The notes: generated by a model from the letters alone, not told the origin. Positions 1-7,980 are shown, numbered from the stretch's first letter. The stretch: DNA of 32,000 nt from Nanopusillaceae archaeon (GCA_049974095.1 JBMFJD010000007.1:1-32000); one strand, 5' to 3'. Translations and numbers: made by a program.

Positions 1-423
1 GTATTTTATCCTTAGTAATTATACAACTAATATTGAGAAAAAAAAAGAAAAAATAAAGGTAAATTATTTATAAAATTAAGTAAATTTCAAAATTTTTTGA
101 AAATTATATTTCCTAATTTAGTTATCAAATGCTAAATATAATAGATATGCAATTAATTCTAATTCTATTTATTGTTGGAATATTTCTAAATCTTCTGAAA
201 CAATTATAAAAATAATTTAATCTTTTAAATAATCATTTTTAGTTATTTAGCTTTTTAGAGGATCTTAAATAATATATGAATATCTAAAGTTAAGAAGCAA
301 AAACTTAGAACTCAAAAAGGAGCATATTTTTGTATAATATCTTATTTAAATAAAATTAGTTATAGCTATTATATAGCAACAATTATAGAAATTCTTTTTA
401 AATGTTTCTACAAAATTAGTATT

Positions 424-1083
424 ATGAGTGAAATCGCTGATATACAATATCCAGATATTACAATTATTAATTCAAATAAGAATTCGGGATTAGATTATAT
501 AATATCAAATGTGCTAGCAAGAAATGGAACAAATAATATTGATTTAAGACTTTATAGAGATATAATAGAAGAAATAAAAAGAAATGGATACTATATAACT
601 AAAATAAGTGTTCCACAAATTGAAATGGAACAAGGTCCTTTAGAAATTAAAACAGATAAATATACTATTAATATATCAGAAATGCCTAGAAGAAAAAAGT
701 GTATAGATTACATAGAATTATATTATAAAGATCCAGCAGGAAATAAGGGATCATACATAATTAAATTTAAGGAAAATAATCTTGTTAATCCATGTGGAGA
801 ACCTGTGTGTAGAATTTTAGTATCCATGTATGATATAGTATCATTATATAATTTCTTAAAAGAACAAAATTTAGGTGCTTTATATGGTATTGTATTAAAA
901 ACGGAAGAAAAGGATAAAAATACTATGATTCCAGTACCTGTAAAAATAATAGATTATGATAGGAAATCCGAAAATGTCCATATAATGGATATAAAAACAG
1001 CAAAGGAATATAATATAAATCTAAAAGTAATTTCAGAATATCCTTGGGTAAATTTGAAATATTATTTATCTAAAGATTATTAA
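424..1083 (+). CDS. hypothetical protein (219 aa), no recognisable domain
   Basis: Long uninterrupted ORF in DNA where stop codons are expected about every 10-12 codons. No competing ORF on the other strand. Mixed residue content (C, P, W, R, G), unlike the Leu/Phe/Ile shadow ORFs. No motif I can assign. Confidence 0.6.
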   Translation: MSEIADIQYPDITIINSNKNSGLDYIISNVLARNGTNNIDLRLYRDIIEEIKRNGYYITKISVPQIEMEQGPLEIKTDKYTINISEMPRRKKCIDYIELYYKDPAGNKGSYIIKFKENNLVNPCGEPVCRILVSMYDIVSLYNFLKEQNLGALYGIVLKTEEKDKNTMIPVPVKIIDYDRKSENVHIMDIKTAKEYNINLKVISEYPWVNLKYYLSKDY

Positions 1084-1171
1084 AAATTTTTAGATAATTT
1101 ATATTTTTATAAAAAATTATTTCTGCAACATAATATTTTCTTAATGTATCATATAAAAAGCCTAAAAATTA

Positions 1172-1641
1172 TTAATGTCTTTCGAAATATTTTTGTGATA
1201 AATCATTTAATAATAAATTAAATACAGTTTTCAATTCTGAATCTTTACGTAAATTATTGTATAGATTTATTAATATATAATCTAAATTTTCATAATCTAT
1301 AATCTTTTCTGTTTAATCTTCCATTATTAAATAATATAAATAATAGTCTATATTGTTTTCACAATGATTTATGTTATATATATTTTTACAGCCTTTTACA
1401 ACTATTTCTCTATATATTTCATAAATAAAATATGACTATTTATCTTTTATTTTATCTATTACATCCTTAAATAATTTTATAAAATAGGAAAATGTTTTAT
1501 CTACTGCTACCTGTTGTTTTTCATTTAATTTCTTACGGGTTACAGAAGTATTTTGTTTTATTTTTCTATAATGGATGGAACTTTACAATAATATTCTAAA
1601 TACCTTTTAGCAATTAATGAATAGAAGTCGGAGCTTGTCAT
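1172..1641 (-). pseudogene. decayed gene of unknown family (about 157 codons; one frameshift plus two in-frame stops)
   Basis: Manual minus-strand translation. ATG at 1641 gives MTSSDFYSLIAKRYLEYYCKVPSIIEK, then TAA at 1560..1558. A shifted frame then runs 130 codons to the stop at 1174..1172: KIKQNTSVTRKKLNEKQQVAVDKTFSYFIKLFKDVIDKIKDK-TAG(1438..1436)-SYFIYEIYREIVVKGCKNIYNINHCENNIDYYLYYLIMED-TAA(1315..1313)-TEKIIDYENLDYILINLYNNLRKDSELKTVFNLLLNDLSQKYFERH. Only 2 stops in 130 codons is far below the roughly 12 expected for non-coding DNA of this composition. Confidence 0.6.
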
Positions 1642-1846
1642 AAAAAAGAATAGTAGTAAGTATTTATAAAACTATATATAATTAAAACTGTTTTCTATAA
1701 ATAATTTTACTATTATTTAATCTTTATCTAACAATTATTTTTCTTATAATAATAATTTTTTCAATAAATATATCTAATAAAAACTTAACTTACTTATTTT
1801 ATATACAATATTAAGTCTTTAATTTTTTATTATTATTACACATTGT

Positions 1847-2137
1847 ATGTCATGGACTGAAAAGAAAAAATCTATAAAAGAAATATTAAGATACTTAAAA
1901 GATTTAAAAGAAAATGAAATTTTGAGAATTAAGAATTATAAAGAAGATAGATCGATAGATATAAAAAAATTGAATGAATATATTTATGAAATAAATGAAC
2001 ATGGATTTTATTTAACAAATTTTAGATGTACAAATAATGAAATTGAAAAAATATTAAATAAATTAATAAAAAGAGAGTTTAATACTAGTTATTTATTGAA
2101 ATTATCCAAAATAAAATATGAAAACAAATCCAATTAA
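1847..2137 (+). CDS. hypothetical protein (96 aa), Lys/Glu-rich soluble
   Basis: ORF with no antisense competitor. It overlaps the next ORF by 20 nt on the same strand, suggesting an operon. No recognisable domain. Confidence 0.5.
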   Translation: MSWTEKKKSIKEILRYLKDLKENEILRIKNYKEDRSIDIKKLNEYIYEINEHGFYLTNFRCTNNEIEKILNKLIKREFNTSYLLKLSKIKYENKSN

Positions 2138-2372
2138 AAAAATATTTTATATATTAATTTCTATAATTTTTTATATAATTTATGGTTCTATAAAATCTAT
2201 AAAATTTATAATTAATAAAAATTTCTTGATTTTTTTATTTATTTTCTTATTTTTCTTCTCTATTTCATTATATAATAATTCTTTTCTTTTTCTTTTATCA
2301 AACTATTTTTCAATTCAATTTTTATTTTTTATTTCATTATTCATCACTCTAATATTTGTTAATATACTATGA
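2118..2372 (+). CDS. hypothetical small membrane protein (84 aa, 2-3 predicted TM segments)
   Basis: 84 codons open in stop-rich DNA. Strongly hydrophobic Phe/Ile/Leu stretches. Overlaps the upstream ORF. Could still be a compositional artefact. Confidence 0.4.
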   Translation: MKTNPIKKIFYILISIIFYIIYGSIKSIKFIINKNFLIFLFIFLFFFSISLYNNSFLFLLSNYFSIQFLFFISLFITLIFVNIL

Positions 2373-2570
2373 CTAATAGTTTATGAAAATTAATTTATTT
2401 TGCAAAGAATAATGTAAAATGCTATTAAAAGAACTAAGAAACAAACATAAAATGCAAATTAAAAGAACTAAAGAATATATTAGATATTTATGAAATAATA
2501 AATAATAGAATTATTTTAGAGTCAGATATATGAAGAATAATTTTTATATATCTATGAAGATGTATATATA

Positions 2571-2846
2571 ATGGATAAAGAACCTTTCTATTTTAAATCA
2601 TATGACAAAGTAATTGGAGTTGCACATAATGTAGAAGAATTAAAGGAAGAAATTGGAAGATTAATTCATATAGATAAAAAAGCATTAGAATATCATTTAA
2701 AGGAAGGGCATATTGCTCAATGGTTAGAATATATTGGTGAAACAAGATTAGCTAGAAAATTAAAGAAAATTACAGATCCTTTAAAAGCATATGAAGTAAT
2801 AAGTAATTATTTATCTAAAAAAGAAGATTCTAAAAGTATTTTATGA
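2571..2846 (+). CDS. small helical protein (91 aa), possibly DUF5752-like
   Basis: The pattern PFYF..(x)..A.NVEEL..EI..L...D..ALEYHL.EGHIAQWLEYIGE..LA..L resembles my memory of DUF5752. This is not verified. Its TGA (2844-2846) overlaps the ATG (2843-2845) of the next gene. Confidence 0.55.
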   Translation: MDKEPFYFKSYDKVIGVAHNVEELKEEIGRLIHIDKKALEYHLKEGHIAQWLEYIGETRLARKLKKITDPLKAYEVISNYLSKKEDSKSIL

Positions 2847-3607
2847 TTGAATATAAAGAATTAGAAGATTTAATAAAAGATGCAATAGAAATATTAAAGA
2901 ATGAATATAAAGATATAATAGAAAAGGAAATTGAAAAGGCAATAATAATTGGAGATATACATGGAGATATTTTTTCTTTAAATAAATCATTAGAATATTA
3001 TGAAAATGATGAATATATAATTTTTCTTGGAGATTATTTAGATAGAGGAAATTATCAAATTGAAGTATTATATAAAATATTAAAATTAAAAGTAGAAAAT
3101 CCAGAAAAAGTAATATTATTAAGGGGAAATCATGAGTTTTTTGATATAGAATTTTATCCACATGATTTTCCTTTAATATTGTATAGAAATTATGGAGAAA
3201 ATGGAATAAAATTGTATAAATTATATAGAGAATTTGCAAATTATTTACCCTTTATTTTATATATTCCAGATTTTGCAATAATATTACATGGAGGAATACC
3301 AAGGAATATTGACTTTCTAAATAATTTAAGTTATGAAGATAAAATAGAAATTGTTTGGAATGATCCATATGAAGGAAAAGGTTTTTCTCCAAATTATTGG
3401 AGAGATATTGGGTATTTATTTGGAGAAGATATTGTAAATAAAGTAATAGAAAAATATAAAGTAAAATATATTATAAGAGGGCATTTTCCTCCTTGTTTTC
3501 ATTCAAATAATCTAATTACAATTTTTACTTCTAAGGAACCATATAATTTAGATAAAGTTTGTATTGGAAAAATAAATGATAATAAAATAGATTTAATTGA
3601 GATATAA
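2843..3607 (+). CDS. PPP-family metallophosphoesterase (Ser/Thr protein phosphatase-like)
   Basis: Full ordered set of PPP motifs in the translation: GDIHGD, GDYLDRGN, RGNHE, then LHGG and RGH. Confidence 0.85.
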   Translation: MIEYKELEDLIKDAIEILKNEYKDIIEKEIEKAIIIGDIHGDIFSLNKSLEYYENDEYIIFLGDYLDRGNYQIEVLYKILKLKVENPEKVILLRGNHEFFDIEFYPHDFPLILYRNYGENGIKLYKLYREFANYLPFILYIPDFAIILHGGIPRNIDFLNNLSYEDKIEIVWNDPYEGKGFSPNYWRDIGYLFGEDIVNKVIEKYKVKYIIRGHFPPCFHSNNLITIFTSKEPYNLDKVCIGKINDNKIDLIEI

Positions 3608-3637
3608 ATTTATTTAAATTATTTTTAATTATAGTTT

Positions 3638-4207
3638 ATGATACTTGTAATATATTCTCCATGTATTTTAAGCCCATATTTAAGTTATAAAGGATATGAA
3701 GATGAAATAGATGAAAATAATATTAAATTATATAATAAATTTGTTGAAATTATGTATAAGTATAAAGATAAAGTTATATTTAGATCTTATTTATGTCCAG
3801 AAACATTATTAACTTTATCTATTCCAAGATTACCTGCTTCAAAAGAAATATATGAAAGAATAGGAATGAAGGAAATATCTAAGATAATATCTAGCTGGAT
3901 AGATAATTTAATAAGAGAATTAAATCCAGAAAAAATAATATTTATTGGAAGAAAATATTCTCCTACCTGTGGAGTAAATGGTACATATAGAATAAAAGAA
4001 AATGAAAATATAGATAAAATATTTGAATATTGGATAGAAAGAAAAATAGATAAAAAAGAAATGAAAGAAAAAATGTATAAAAAAGATGGAGAACCTGGAA
4101 TATTAATAGAAGAATTAATGAAAAAATTCAATAATATTATATTTATTGATATAGATAATAAAAATATTGAAGAAAGCCTAAATAAATTGGAAGAATTATT
4201 AAAATGA
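3638..4207 (+). CDS. DUF523 family protein (TudS-like putative [4Fe-4S] desulfidase)
   Basis: Three Cys sit in family-like contexts: SPC(9)IL near the N-terminus, LC(53)PE..L..PR.PA, and KYSPTC(111)G. These match the DUF523 motifs as I recall them (C-L-L-G, C-P-E..GL.TPR.P.E, SPSCG). ATGA overlap with the downstream gene. Confidence 0.6.
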   Translation: MILVIYSPCILSPYLSYKGYEDEIDENNIKLYNKFVEIMYKYKDKVIFRSYLCPETLLTLSIPRLPASKEIYERIGMKEISKIISSWIDNLIRELNPEKIIFIGRKYSPTCGVNGTYRIKENENIDKIFEYWIERKIDKKEMKEKMYKKDGEPGILIEELMKKFNNIIFIDIDNKNIEESLNKLEELLK

Positions 4208-4884
4208 AAATATTTGTAGGTACATCTGGATGGTCTTATGATTGGAATCCTGATGGATTTGATTGGTATATAAAAAATTCTAGATTAAATTCTGTAGAAT
4301 TGAATGCTTCTTTTTATAGATTTCCATTTAGAAATCAAATAAAATCCTGGAATAAAAAAGGAAATATTATATGGTCTATAAAAGTAAATAAGACAATTAC
4401 TCATTTATATAAATTATCTGAGAAATCATATAATATTTGGGAAAAATTTTATAATTTATTTAATGAAATGGAAAATAAAATAAGATTCTATTTATTTCAA
4501 ATGCCTCCAAATTTTAAAAAATTAGAAAATATAGAAAAGTTTTTAGATAAATATAGAATAAACAATAAATTTGCAATAGAATTTAGGAATAAAGATTTAT
4601 TAAATAAAAATATTGAAAAATGGGCTAAAGAATTAGATATAACCTTAGTTTCCATAGATTCTCCTTTAGGAAAATATATATTCAATTCAAATGGAATTAT
4701 ATATATTAGATTTCATGGAAGAGAAGATTGGTATTTATATGAATATTCTAAAGAAGAATTGGAAGAAATTGCAAAAGAAATAATTGATTTAAATCCTGAA
4801 GAAATATATGTATATTTTAATAATGATCATGATATGCTAAATAATGCAAGAAAATTTTTAGAAATATTAAATAACTTATATTAA
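4204..4884 (+). CDS. DUF72 (UPF0759/YecE-like) family protein
   Basis: Motifs: N-terminal GTSGWSYDW, VELNASFYRFP, FQMPPNFK, IEFRN, RFHGR..WY.YEYS..EL, and C-terminal VYFNND....NA. This is the typical DUF72 motif series. Confidence 0.85.
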   Translation: MKIFVGTSGWSYDWNPDGFDWYIKNSRLNSVELNASFYRFPFRNQIKSWNKKGNIIWSIKVNKTITHLYKLSEKSYNIWEKFYNLFNEMENKIRFYLFQMPPNFKKLENIEKFLDKYRINNKFAIEFRNKDLLNKNIEKWAKELDITLVSIDSPLGKYIFNSNGIIYIRFHGREDWYLYEYSKEELEEIAKEIIDLNPEEIYVYFNNDHDMLNNARKFLEILNNLY

Positions 4885-4886
4885 AT

Positions 4887-5753
4887 TTAAAATTCTTTCA
4901 AATATTTCTTTAAAACATTTGGTATTTCTTCAATTAAATCTGTAGGTAATACACCTTCTAAATATTTTTTAGCAGCAAATTCTCCAGCTTTTCCATTTAT
5001 ATAAGCAGCAGAACAAGAAGCAATAAATGAATCTTTAGTTCTTATTAATGTAGAAACTAATATACCTGCTAATGTATTTCCAAATCCTTCTTTTGTCATA
5101 TATCTTGAATAATATCCTTTCTTTACAATTCCTACTCTTTCTCCATCAGATATTACATCAACAGGTCCTTTTAATAATATTGTTGTATTATATTCTTTTG
5201 CATATTTCTTTACTTTTTCTATTCTTTCATTTATATCGTAAGAAATCTTTTCTCCAAATAAAATATAAAATTCATAAGAATTTGGAGTTAATATAATATT
5301 TTTATTCAACAAATCTTTTCTTTTTGCTATTGCATATAGCGCATCATCATCAATTATAACAAAATTTTTTATTTTTTCTAAATATTCATTTATTGTATTT
5401 AATACATCATCACTCCTAGTTAATCCTCCTCCTATTTCAATTGCATCTCTTTTTTCAGATAATTTTATTAAATCTTCTATGTTTTCTTTATTTAAATATT
5501 CTCCCTTTAATGGATATACCATTAAATTTGGATTATATGATGAAATTATTGTTGAAGAATATTCTGGAGAGACAATTGTAACCCAATCTGTTCCAGACCT
5601 ATATGCAGATAATGCAACTAAAATTGGAGTAGTAGGATATAATTTACTTCCTCCAATAATCAATGAATTTCCAAAATTCTTTTTTCTAACATTTTTTTCT
5701 CTCTTTTTATATACTAATGAAATTATTTTTTCATCTATTTCAATTATATCCAT
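4887..5753 (-). CDS. nnrD: ADP/ATP-dependent NAD(P)H-hydrate dehydratase (YjeF C-terminal/carbohydrate-kinase fold), stand-alone dehydratase domain
   Basis: Motifs IIGGSKLYPTTPILVALSAYRSGTDWVTIVSP, ILTPNSYEF, LLKGPVDVISDG and GFGNTLAGIL match the NnrD motif order. There is no N-terminal epimerase domain. Confidence 0.8.
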   Translation of the reverse strand: MDIIEIDEKIISLVYKKREKNVRKKNFGNSLIIGGSKLYPTTPILVALSAYRSGTDWVTIVSPEYSSTIISSYNPNLMVYPLKGEYLNKENIEDLIKLSEKRDAIEIGGGLTRSDDVLNTINEYLEKIKNFVIIDDDALYAIAKRKDLLNKNIILTPNSYEFYILFGEKISYDINERIEKVKKYAKEYNTTILLKGPVDVISDGERVGIVKKGYYSRYMTKEGFGNTLAGILVSTLIRTKDSFIASCSAAYINGKAGEFAAKKYLEGVLPTDLIEEIPNVLKKYLKEF

Positions 5754-5813
5754 AAATAAAAATATTTTTCTATTTATTTAATTTTTTTAAAAATATTCGA
5801 AATATTATTACTA

Positions 5814-6662
5814 ATGAGTAATAATATAGATAAAATAATAGAAAACAGCATAAATCTCTTTAATTCAATTGTTCCTGATATAGATATAGATGTAAATAGC
5901 CTAAAGTTAGATAAAGAAAAAATTTCATCATATGTAGATAATTTAGATATAGAAAATCTAATTGATTATATTTATAATGCAGTTTATAATGAAATAAAGA
6001 AAAGTCCTCAATCTAATAAACCTGTAAAAGTAGATAATGATCTTGGATATAAAAATTTGGATAATATATTATTAACATATAAGATGGCATTAATAAATAC
6101 ATCAATTATTGCATCAATAATTATAGCTATATCTTTATTATATAATGATCAACATGAAAAAATAAATAAAGAAGTTTCATCATATTTAGAAAAATTAAAA
6201 GAAGAAAAGATTATGAATATTATAAAGAATATAAATAATATTGATCTTGATAATATTAATTATTTATCTGCATTTTCATTATTACTTTTATATAATATAA
6301 ATTATTTATCTCTTTTAAATTTCTTAAAAAAAGGAATTAAGCCTTATGGTATATATATGGCAACAATATTAAGAGAAAAATATGAGATAATAAAAAGCGG
6401 TAATGCAAATCAGATTTCAACATTATTAAATGATATTTATAAGAAGATAGGGATGCTTTTTAGTGAAAATAATTCCCTAATATCTTTATTATATCCTATG
6501 ATGAAAATAGCAAATATTGTCAATATACCTTTATTAAAAGATTTCATTTCTTACATAAATAATTCTATTTACTATTCAGATGAGAAAACACAAGAATTAT
6601 TGTCTTTATTATATAATTCAAATATGGAAAAAGAAGATGATGATATATCACTATTTTTTTAA
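5814..6662 (+). CDS. hypothetical protein (282 aa) with one central hydrophobic segment
   Basis: Long ORF with no competitor on the other strand. Possible TM segment LINTSIIASIIIAISLLY. Acidic C-terminus. No recognisable domain. Confidence 0.65.
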   Translation: MSNNIDKIIENSINLFNSIVPDIDIDVNSLKLDKEKISSYVDNLDIENLIDYIYNAVYNEIKKSPQSNKPVKVDNDLGYKNLDNILLTYKMALINTSIIASIIIAISLLYNDQHEKINKEVSSYLEKLKEEKIMNIIKNINNIDLDNINYLSAFSLLLLYNINYLSLLNFLKKGIKPYGIYMATILREKYEIIKSGNANQISTLLNDIYKKIGMLFSENNSLISLLYPMMKIANIVNIPLLKDFISYINNSIYYSDEKTQELLSLLYNSNMEKEDDDISLFF

Positions 6663-6699
6663 ATCTTTTTAATTTTTACCCAACATATAAAATATCATA

Positions 6700-6794
6700 C
6701 CGGGCGTAGCTCAGCCCTGGTAGAGCGGCCGGCTGTAGTGGTTAAAATGGCCGCAGAGACCGGCAGGTCGTGGGTTCAAATCCCACCGCCCGGA
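6700..6794 (+). tRNA. tRNA-Tyr (GUA) with 20-nt intron at the canonical 37/38 position (intron 6739..6758)
   Basis: Manual fold. Acceptor CCGGGCG/CGCCCGG (C1-G72) with A73. D arm GCTC-AGCCCTGGTA-GAGC. Anticodon arm GCCGG-CU GUA G[intron]A-CCGGC. Variable loop AGGTC. T arm GTGGG-TTCAAAT-CCCAC. CCA is not encoded. Confidence 0.92.
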
Positions 6795-6795
6795 C

Positions 6796-6812
6796 TTTTA
6801 TTTTCTTTTTTT
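6796..6812 (+). terminator. oligo-T tract immediately downstream of tRNA-Tyr (candidate archaeal terminator)
   Basis: TTTTATTTTCTTTTTTT starts 2 nt after the discriminator base. Archaeal RNAP terminates at oligo-T runs. T-runs are common in this genome, so specificity is limited. Confidence 0.45.
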
Positions 6813-6823
6813 AATATTATTAT

Positions 6824-7606
6824 ATGAGAAAAACAATTTTGATACCTTCAACATTTACTGGAGAGAAAAAAGATAGAAAGATAAGAATATTTTTGATATC
6901 TCAATTAGCAAGAACAATTGCTAACTTTGGAATAAATGAAATAGGTATATATTATGATGATGATCCTAGATTTAATTCACATGGACTTGGAAGATTTTTA
7001 TTAAAAGTATTAAAATATTTAAATACTCCTCCATATATTAGAAAAATTGCATTTCCAATTGAAAAAGAATTAGAAGAAATTGGTGCAGCATTACCATTAA
7101 ATACATATTATCATAAAGAAAGAGATAGATATGAATATGTATATATATTAGAAAGAAAGAAAGATGATTTTCTTGTGACAAATGGGGAAAAGAAATTTTA
7201 TGTAAATGTAAAAAGAAAATTTAGAAATACTAGGATATTAATATATGATAAATTAAAAAATGAATTATTATATCCTTATGAAACTGAATATTATTTTGGT
7301 TATGAAGTTTTTTATTTTAACAAACCATTAGAAGAATTATTAAAGAAATTAAAAAATGAAGGATTTTATTTAATTGGTACTTCAAGATATGGAGATGATA
7401 TAAGGAAAATAAAAATTGAAAAAAAGGATAAAGTTGCAATTGTTTTTGGATCTTTTGCCAGAGGAATAGAAGATATAATAAATAATTGGAAAGAAAAATT
7501 TGATATAACAATAAATATATGCCCAGATCAAAAATTGGAAACAATTAGAACCGAAGAAGCTATAGATTATACATTATCAATATTACATTATTTAAATATT
7601 ATATAA
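6824..7606 (+). CDS. SPOUT-superfamily putative RNA methyltransferase (DUF171 / Methyltrn_RNA_3, SPOUT1-like)
   Basis: N-terminal TILIPSTF...ISQLARTIANFGINEIGIYYDD and C-terminal LIGTSRYG...VAIVFGS...ICPDQKLETIRTEEAI match the family pattern as I recall it. Confidence 0.7.
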   Translation: MRKTILIPSTFTGEKKDRKIRIFLISQLARTIANFGINEIGIYYDDDPRFNSHGLGRFLLKVLKYLNTPPYIRKIAFPIEKELEEIGAALPLNTYYHKERDRYEYVYILERKKDDFLVTNGEKKFYVNVKRKFRNTRILIYDKLKNELLYPYETEYYFGYEVFYFNKPLEELLKKLKNEGFYLIGTSRYGDDIRKIKIEKKDKVAIVFGSFARGIEDIINNWKEKFDITINICPDQKLETIRTEEAIDYTLSILHYLNII

Positions 7607-7625
7607 GATATTTTCTTTTTATCTT

Positions 7626-7916
7626 TCATTTATTCTTTTTTAATTCTTCAACCTCTTTACTACCTTTTTCAATTTCTTCTACTTGTTTTGGATCATATTT
7701 CTTCAATATTTCTAAAAATTCTCCTAAATGAGTTTTTTCTTCATTTGCAATATCTAAAAAAACTCTCTTTAATAACGGATCTTTTGCTAATGCTGCTAAT
7801 TGTTCATACAAATTTATAGCATCTAATTCTGCAATCATTCCTATTCTAGCCAATTCGGAATCTGTAATCTTTCCTTCCTTTATTTTTTCGAATCCTTTTG
7901 GTATTTCTGATAACAT
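7626..7916 (-). CDS. EncFtn-like half-ferritin (ferritin-like two-helix di-iron protein), 96 aa
   Basis: AELDAINLYEQ....DP....ANEEKTHLGEFLEILKKYDPK gives Glu30, Tyr37, Glu60 and His63. This is the E-x6-Y-x22-E-x2-H spacing of encapsulated-ferritin metal ligands, and it is similar by eye to the EELEAVDWYDQ...DEEKEH...LEWLRRNDAK pattern. Confidence 0.65.
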   Translation of the reverse strand: MLSEIPKGFEKIKEGKITDSELARIGMIAELDAINLYEQLAALAKDPLLKRVFLDIANEEKTHLGEFLEILKKYDPKQVEEIEKGSKEVEELKKNK

Positions 7917-7980
7917 ATTTTCTTATAGATTTTTATTATTTATAAGCAAATATATAAGTTACTTATAATTTAGATTATTT

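Noticed and set aside
85-102. Inverted repeat TTTCAAAA-TT-TTTTGAAA in the left-end non-coding region.
   Set aside because: 8-bp all-but-one A/T arms are expected many times by chance in about 20-25% G+C DNA. No second copy or positional link to a gene start.
1172-1641. Idea that in-frame TAG/TAA here (and at 31852-31854) reflect stop-codon reassignment or programmed read-through.
   Set aside because: About 38 conserved genes in the window read through uninterrupted and end at homologue-consistent positions under the standard code, as far as motif order shows. The interrupted regions also carry frameshifts, so decay is the simpler explanation.
2416-2475. Imperfect direct repeat AAAATGC(T)ATTAAAAGAACTAAGAA / AAAATGCAAATTAAAAGAACTAAAGAA upstream of the 91-aa ORF.
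   Set aside because: Only two copies, with indels, in A-rich low-complexity sequence. It could be a regulator site, but nothing in the sequence supports that over chance or slippage duplication.
2841-3239. 132-aa minus-strand ORF antisense to the PPP phosphatase. Similar track ORFs: 3787-4131(-), 4497-4685(-), 5072-5296(+), 5479-5781(+), 7317-7544(-), 8194-8454(-), 8555-8857(-), 9328-9531(-), 11802-12062(+), 12424-12708(+), 13233-13472(+).
   Set aside because: Each lies fully inside a well-supported gene on the opposite strand. Each translates to low-complexity Leu/Phe/Ile/Tyr strings, typical of the antisense of Lys/Glu/Asn/Ile-rich coding DNA. No motifs.
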